64,000 bases of DNA from Vulcanimicrobiota bacterium (GTDB lineage: Bacteria > Vulcanimicrobiota > Xenobia > Xenobiales > JADMJV01), in assembly GCA_050250895.1 (NCBI GenBank), contig JBFWNU010000001.1, positions 2,532,891 through 2,596,890 on the forward strand, written 5' to 3'. Below, piece by piece: positions 59,294 through 64,000 of the stretch. Both the position numbers and the translations under genes were made by a program. Every line of letters begins with the position of its first letter. Position 1 is the stretch's first letter. A model generated the notes under the pieces. That model had not been told where the DNA came from and did no database searches. It worked only from the letters and a program-made list of their open reading frames with translations.

Positions 59294-60664
59294 ATGCAGA
59301 TTCCCACCAACGCCAACCACAACTCGATCCAGTTTCGCATGGTCGCTTTTAGCTTCCAGTCCAACCCTACGCCTGCCGTCGGTTCCAGCGACGGCTGGGG
59401 CAAAGGCTGGTCAGGGCGGACCGGTCGCGCCCTGGGCGGCCTCGAACTGGCTCGTCAGTTCTTGCAGGGCGGCCAGACTCGCCCCGACCTCTCGGGCCTC
59501 AGACAAGCCCTCGAGCAGCTGGGTCGCGGGCTAGCCGATTTCGCTGGCTCGTGTCACTGCTCGCACTCGGCTGCTCGGCCCAACCAGGCTCCGCCGGCCA
59601 ACGACGCGCCAACGCCGAACCAGGCGCCGAAAGCCAACCAGGCTCCCGCGGCCAACCACGCGCCAGCGCCGAACCAGGCGCCGCCGGCCAACTGCGCCCC
59701 CGCAGCCAATCAGGCTCCGGCAGCCAATCAGGCTCCCGCGGCCAACGACGCGCCCACGCCGAACCAGGCGCCGAAAGCCAACCAGGCTGCCGCGGCCAAC
59801 CACGCGCCAGCGCCGAACCAGGCGCCGAAAGCCAACCAGGCTCCCGCGGCCAACCACGCGCCAGCGCCGAACCAGGCGCCGAAAGCCGACCAGGCCCCGG
59901 CCGCCAACTACGCCCCGGTGGCCAACGAGGCGCCCAAGCCCAAGGCCGTCCCCTATCAAGAGCCCGAGCAGACGGGCAAGACCTGGGATGTCTGGTTTGA
60001 CCACCGCGACGGACAAGAGACCGACCGCCGTTCCCCCATCGTGCTTGACCTCAACGGCAACGGCAAAGCCGATATCACCGGCCAGAACGTGCTGGGCGAC
60101 GGCAAGATCACGGGACCGACCACGAAGTTCGATATCGATCCCACCCGCAACTCATATGAATACAAGAGCAACAGCGAAGCCCGCCGCAAGCTGAAAGACC
60201 GGGCCAAGGGCGAGGGCGGACGCTGGGAAGGCGACAAATACTACGGCCGCTCTGACAAGGTGCAGGGCGAGCTCAAATCGGACGGCCTCTATCACTACGG
60301 CAAAGTGGAAGAGCGCGAAGAGACCGAGTGGCTGGCCAAAAATGGCGGCGACGGCTTCTTGACCTGGGACGTCGACGGCAATGGCAAGATCGAGAGCAGC
60401 AAAGAACTCTTCGGCGAGTTCGATGTCGACGGAACCAAGAAATACTCTCACGGCTATCAGAAGCTGGCCGAGCATTTTGACGCCGACCATAACGGAGTGG
60501 TGGCCGGAGACGAACTGGCGGGCCTGACGGTATGGAAAGACGGCAATGCCGATGGTGTTACGCAAGAGGGTGAGCTTCTTGGCCTGCAAGAACTGGGCAT
60601 CACCTCGTTTGACGTGTCCAACATCAACCAGGCCGATATGAGCTCATCCTACACCTATCGCTAG
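59294..60664 (+). CDS. Protein with Pro/Ala/Asn tandem repeat and C-terminal EF-hand-like Ca-binding domain
   Basis: AGGAGG SD; PIVLDLNGNG, DVDGNG.I.SSKELFG, DADHNG and W.D.N.DG...GEL. Confidence 0.8.
   Translation: MQIPTNANHNSIQFRMVAFSFQSNPTPAVGSSDGWGKGWSGRTGRALGGLELARQFLQGGQTRPDLSGLRQALEQLGRGLADFAGSCHCSHSAARPNQAPPANDAPTPNQAPKANQAPAANHAPAPNQAPPANCAPAANQAPAANQAPAANDAPTPNQAPKANQAAAANHAPAPNQAPKANQAPAANHAPAPNQAPKADQAPAANYAPVANEAPKPKAVPYQEPEQTGKTWDVWFDHRDGQETDRRSPIVLDLNGNGKADITGQNVLGDGKITGPTTKFDIDPTRNSYEYKSNSEARRKLKDRAKGEGGRWEGDKYYGRSDKVQGELKSDGLYHYGKVEEREETEWLAKNGGDGFLTWDVDGNGKIESSKELFGEFDVDGTKKYSHGYQKLAEHFDADHNGVVAGDELAGLTVWKDGNADGVTQEGELLGLQELGITSFDVSNINQADMSSSYTYR
59578..59935 (+). repeat. 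Coding tandem repeat: 18-bp units (xN[QHD]AP[AKT]) in 54-bp higher-order blocks
   Basis: gccaaccaggctcccgcg-gccaaccacgcgccagcg-ccgaaccaggcgccgaaa repeated with variants, about 20 units. Confidence 0.9.
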
Positions 60665-60685
60665 ACACAGGTGAGGGACTCAGAT

Positions 60686-60717
60686 GGACCGGGAGGACCC
60701 CGGTCCTCTTTTTTTTT
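60686..60717 (+). terminator. Intrinsic terminator
   Basis: GGACCGGG-AGGAC-CCCGGTCC followed by TC and a T9 run. Confidence 0.9.
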
Positions 60718-60733
60718 GCCGCGTCGAGAAGGC

Positions 60734-60760
60734 AAAAAAAAGGACCCCGCCATGGGGTCC
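60734..60760 (-). terminator. Intrinsic terminator (minus strand)
   Basis: GGACCCC-ATGGC-GGGGTCC followed by T8 on the minus strand. Confidence 0.88.
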
Positions 60761-60789
60761 AGGCACGCGCTGGGTCGACGGCGCGGCCG

Positions 60790-60924
60790 TCAGGCCGCTG
60801 TGGCCGGAGCCAGTTGGTATTGCCGAGGCTGAGAATCTTCGCGAGCCGTAACCAGATTGGTCTGGTTGGGGGTCTCGTTGGAAAAGGTCACACTGACTTG
60901 CATCAAGATGGTGGGACTGTGCAT
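60790..60924 (-). CDS. Unannotated 44-aa small protein MHSPTILMQVSVTFSNETPNQTNLVTAREDSQPRQYQLAPATAA
   Basis: AGGAGG 8 nt upstream of ATG; own terminator 30 nt after the stop codon. Confidence 0.6.
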   Translation of the reverse strand: MHSPTILMQVSVTFSNETPNQTNLVTAREDSQPRQYQLAPATAA

Positions 60925-61027
60925 CACGACTTCCTCCTAAGTTTTCTTGCTTGCCCTGACTATAGAGGAGTGGTGCTGTCGAACTGTTGTGGGTGCCGAG
61001 ACGGTTGTAAACAGTGTGGGCCGTGAA

Positions 61028-61252
61028 ATGAAAGACCCGCGATTGCTCGCGGGTCTCTGAGGTCCGTATGGTCATCTATGAGAGCGGGCCAGGTCCACGC
61101 CAATTTCCCCGGCCCGCGAGACACGAGGCTGATGTGCAGGAGGGTCAGTTTCTCGTGTCCGCTGTATGTGCCCTTAGAATACCGGGCCGAGGTTGGCCAC
61201 ATGTTGGAAGCGCAGACCGGGTGCGACAAAACGGTTGCCGGCAGGTAAAATC
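61028..61252. repeat. 225-bp structured non-coding element, copy 1 (candidate sRNA gene)
   Basis: About 7 mismatches versus 62883-63107; three hairpins. Confidence 0.9.
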
Positions 61253-61277
61253 GGGAGAAGAACTGGAATTGATCAAG

Positions 61278-62238
61278 ATGGAGGACGTCCTCTTCGAAGC
61301 GGTCGCCGGTATCACGTCTCTCTTGCCGCAGGTGGACAGCGCGGTTCTTTTCGGGGACCGCCAGACTCGCCTGGTTTTGTCAGACAAGGCCGAGGCTTTC
61401 GAAGGGAAGCGCCTGGATACGCGCTGGCTAGAAAGCCTGCGTGAGCCGGTGGTGTTGGACGAGCCTGTGGTCGAGAGCGAGCCGTCGGCCTTGCTGCTGC
61501 CCCTGGTCCACCGCGACATCCCCCTGGCGGTGCTCTACCTGGGCGCCTCGACGCCCCAGGCCTTTAGCGCTGCCCATCGGGTGGTGGCCAGCCTGCTGAC
61601 ACCAACTCTGGTCTTGATTCTGAGCGAACAGTGGGCTCAATATTCCGACGCCCTGACGGGGCTCTACAGTCATAGCCTCTTCCAGCAGAAACTGTCCGAC
61701 GAGTTGGAGTGGTGTCCACACCCATCTGCGCGAGAGCTGTTTCGGCCTCTTCGAGATTGACCATTTCCGACGCCTCAATGATGCTTTCGGTCACCTGCGC
61801 GGCGATGAGATCTTGCTCGAGATGGCCCGATTACTGCGGAGCCAGACGGGCCCCAATGACCTGGTGGCTCGCTGGAAAGGCGACTGCTTCGCGGTTTGCT
61901 TTCGCGAGCAGGGTCTCGAGCGAGCCCTCGAGGTCTGCGAGAAGATTCGTGACCAGGTGGCCAGAGACTTTGGCGGGCGAAGACTGACCTTGTCGATTGG
62001 GCTAGGCTTGGGCCCACCCTTCGGGTCGAGACCGGCCCTGGTGGCTGCCGTCGAGGATGCCCTACGCCGGTCCAAGCAAGGTGGCGGAGACCGGCTTACA
62101 ATAGCTGACGGAAGAGACGGCGCGGGGCGTGGGGCCCGGTTGCCCCGTGGTCCGAAGGGCCCGACCCCGGCTTCAGAACGCAGGCGACTCGAGGATGAAG
62201 GCGAGGGAGGCGGGGCACCTAGCCCATCTCGGCGGTGA
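61278..62238 (+). pseudogene. GAF + degenerate GGDEF protein, frameshifted near 61717
   Basis: DALTGLY in one frame and FEIDHFRRLNDAFGH..GDEIL..ARWKGDCF in the next; removing one base in tgtccacaccc joins them. Confidence 0.75.
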
Positions 62239-62842
62239 AGAGGTAGCGCTTGCCGCGCAGTTCGAGCTGGTCGCCGAGCGCAAGGGCCACCGGCGAGTCT
62301 TTTTCGACCGGGCAGTACCACACGTTCTCGCTGATCAAGCGTACGACCTTGGCCTCGGCAAACTCGCCTCGGGAAATGACTTCGTAGTGTTGGCGCTCGC
62401 TGTTCCAGGCGACTTCGACCAGAGGGCTGATGGCCCGCGGCTTGGTGCGATTGAGGTAAAAGTTGTCCTGGTCGGGGCTGGTGAGTAAGTGGCGGGCCTT
62501 GCGTTCGCCGGTGGGTAGCCGCACCTCGCGCCGGACCAGTCGCATCACCGTTTGTCCCACGGCGATAAGGCACTCGCTGGTGAGGGGAATCTCGCCGCTC
62601 ACTTCTATCTGGTTCACCCGGGTGGGGTTGGTCTCGGAGATGTGGCGCAGCTTGAAGAAGCTTCGGTCGGGCATCCAGTCGAGGTCGAAGTGGTGGCGCG
62701 AGACAGTCGGGTCTTCGAGTAGCAGCCAACCGTAAAGACGAGCCCCCGGCATGGCCCGGCCCACACACAGCAGTCCGGGCTTGAGTTCGATGCTCTGGCG
62801 CGGAGCGGGACTCTCGATGAAATCCAGGGCCCAACCGGTCAT
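62219..62842 (-). CDS. FHA-domain protein
   Basis: VGR...DPTVSRHH...TNPTRVN; a second degenerate FHA-like half. Confidence 0.85.
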   Translation of the reverse strand: MTGWALDFIESPAPRQSIELKPGLLCVGRAMPGARLYGWLLLEDPTVSRHHFDLDWMPDRSFFKLRHISETNPTRVNQIEVSGEIPLTSECLIAVGQTVMRLVRREVRLPTGERKARHLLTSPDQDNFYLNRTKPRAISPLVEVAWNSERQHYEVISRGEFAEAKVVRLISENVWYCPVEKDSPVALALGDQLELRGKRYLFTAEMG

Positions 62843-62882
62843 GCGGCATGATTCCTGGTCTTGCGTCCCGTAGCCTTTAAAG

Positions 62883-63107
62883 ATGAAAGACCCGCGATTG
62901 CTCGCGGGTCTCTGAGGTCCGTATGGTCATCTATGAGAGCGGGCCAGGTCCACGCCAATTTCCCCGGCCCGCGAGACACGAGGCTGATGTGCAGGAGGGT
63001 CAGTTTCTCGTGTCCGCTGTATGTGCCCTCAGAATACCCCGGTGCGGTTGGCCACATGTTGGAAGCGCAGACCGGGTGCGACAAAACGGTTGCCGCCAGG
63101 TAAAATC
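62883..63107. repeat. 225-bp structured non-coding element, copy 2
   Basis: Direct repeat of 61028-61252 at offset 1855. Confidence 0.9.
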
Positions 63108-64000
63108 AGTCCAGCGGGAGCAACAAGAGCCGGACGGGGGCATAGCTGTTGGTGGTCAGGCGGTGCTGATAGCGAAACGGGCCGGCGCCGCGATGGAGAA
63201 CCCGGCCCTGGAACGCGTAAAGACCGTCGGCCCAGCCGCCGGTGGGAACCAGGACCACCATACTCTCCCCGCTCAGCTGGAGTTCGACCTCGGTCAGGGC
63301 GCCATAGTTTCCGACCAGGGTATCGTCACCGTTGCTCAGCCAGTTTCGGTCCAGGGTGAGCAAGCGGGGTCCGTCGGCGGGTGAATAGGTGGCTCGCAGT
63401 CGCCGGTCCGGGGCCAGAAACAGGCCTCGAGACTGACCTCCCGTGCGTTCAGCCAGGGGACCGTCTAACTGGCTGTCGTCGGGTTTGGTCAGGCACAGGC
63501 GATAGTCGAGGGGTCCACTCGAGGCCAGCTCGAGCATGAGTCGGCCGTTGCTAAGACCCATTGGAAGGCGGGTGATGAACTGGTGACCCGGGGCCAGTTC
63601 TAGCTGGTCGGGCCAGACCGGGTCCCAGGCCTGGGTCATCCCAGGTTCGCTCGCCTCGGCCCGGGGTCGGCATTCGAGGCGGATGGGAGAGTCGCTAAAG
63701 TTGGTTAGAATGGCAGCCAGCTCGAGGTGGCGGCCCGTGGTATTGAAGTGAGAAGCGTAGAGACGTCCGCGCCCGGCCGGGAGTGTTTGCTCGAAGAGGA
63801 CCAGGCGGTCAGATTCCAGGCGCCGGATGTTCTCGGGATTGTTGCTGTAAGCCAGCCATTTCGGTTGGTCCAAAGGCTCGAGCCTGGCCTCGAGCTCGGG
63901 GATGGTGCTCGAATGGAGGTGGCCCGACTGCCCCACCAGTGAAGCCACCTTCCGAGCCGATAAGGGGCCGCCGAAAGGCAGGCCGGCCAGGGCCGCCAGG
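63106..64000 (-). CDS. Hypothetical protein (5' truncated by window edge)
   Basis: Frame stays open to the window end; YSNNPE and GNYG motifs. Confidence 0.7.
   Translation of the reverse strand, partial: LAALAGLPFGGPLSARKVASLVGQSGHLHSSTIPELEARLEPLDQPKWLAYSNNPENIRRLESDRLVLFEQTLPAGRGRLYASHFNTTGRHLELAAILTNFSDSPIRLECRPRAEASEPGMTQAWDPVWPDQLELAPGHQFITRLPMGLSNGRLMLELASSGPLDYRLCLTKPDDSQLDGPLAERTGGQSRGLFLAPDRRLRATYSPADGPRLLTLDRNWLSNGDDTLVGNYGALTEVELQLSGESMVVLVPTGGWADGLYAFQGRVLHRGAGPFRYQHRLTTNSYAPVRLLLLPLD

Noticed and set aside
59578-59935. CRISPR array
   Set aside because: In-frame coding repeat with no unique spacers, and no cas genes in the window.
60790-60850. tmRNA tag-like peptide ending ...LAPATAA
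   Set aside because: No tRNA-like tmRNA ends are nearby, and the ORF has its own SD and ATG.
61068-61277. N-terminal extensions MVIYESG... of ORFs 61068 and 62923
   Set aside because: They are translations of the non-coding 225-bp repeat and run into unrelated downstream sequence in the two copies.

Overview
High-GC bacterial chromosomal window with about 55 genes. The gene content (prepilin clusters, GAF/FHA/PilZ signalling, stalk-domain proteins) is reminiscent of Eremiobacterota/Armatimonadota-like lineages, but that assignment is inference only. The standout locus is 1-3345. Two paralogous TROVE/Ro60-like + vWA genes flank a complete, CCA-ending tRNA-like gene (1215-1455) whose anticodon loop carries a ~165-nt rod-shaped hairpin. 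The rod contains GTCGAAAG, a match to the GNCGAAN(0-1)G Ro-binding motif of bacterial Y RNAs, so it is a candidate non-permuted tRNA/Y-RNA hybrid. A second non-coding feature is a ~97% identical 225-bp structured element present twice (61028-61252, 62883-63107), next to an unannotated 44-aa ORF. The rest of the window holds two minor-pilin clusters with PilC/GspF genes, a ThiF module, VapBC, TrxA with an ECF sigma/anti-sigma pair, a UvrD-like helicase, MscS, CsaA, AAA ATPase + DUF4276-like + NurA/HerA, a TetR-RND efflux operon, two-component proteins, a divergent Tgl-like transglutaminase, and several frameshifted or remnant genes. All family assignments come from motif recognition by eye; no database searches were run.
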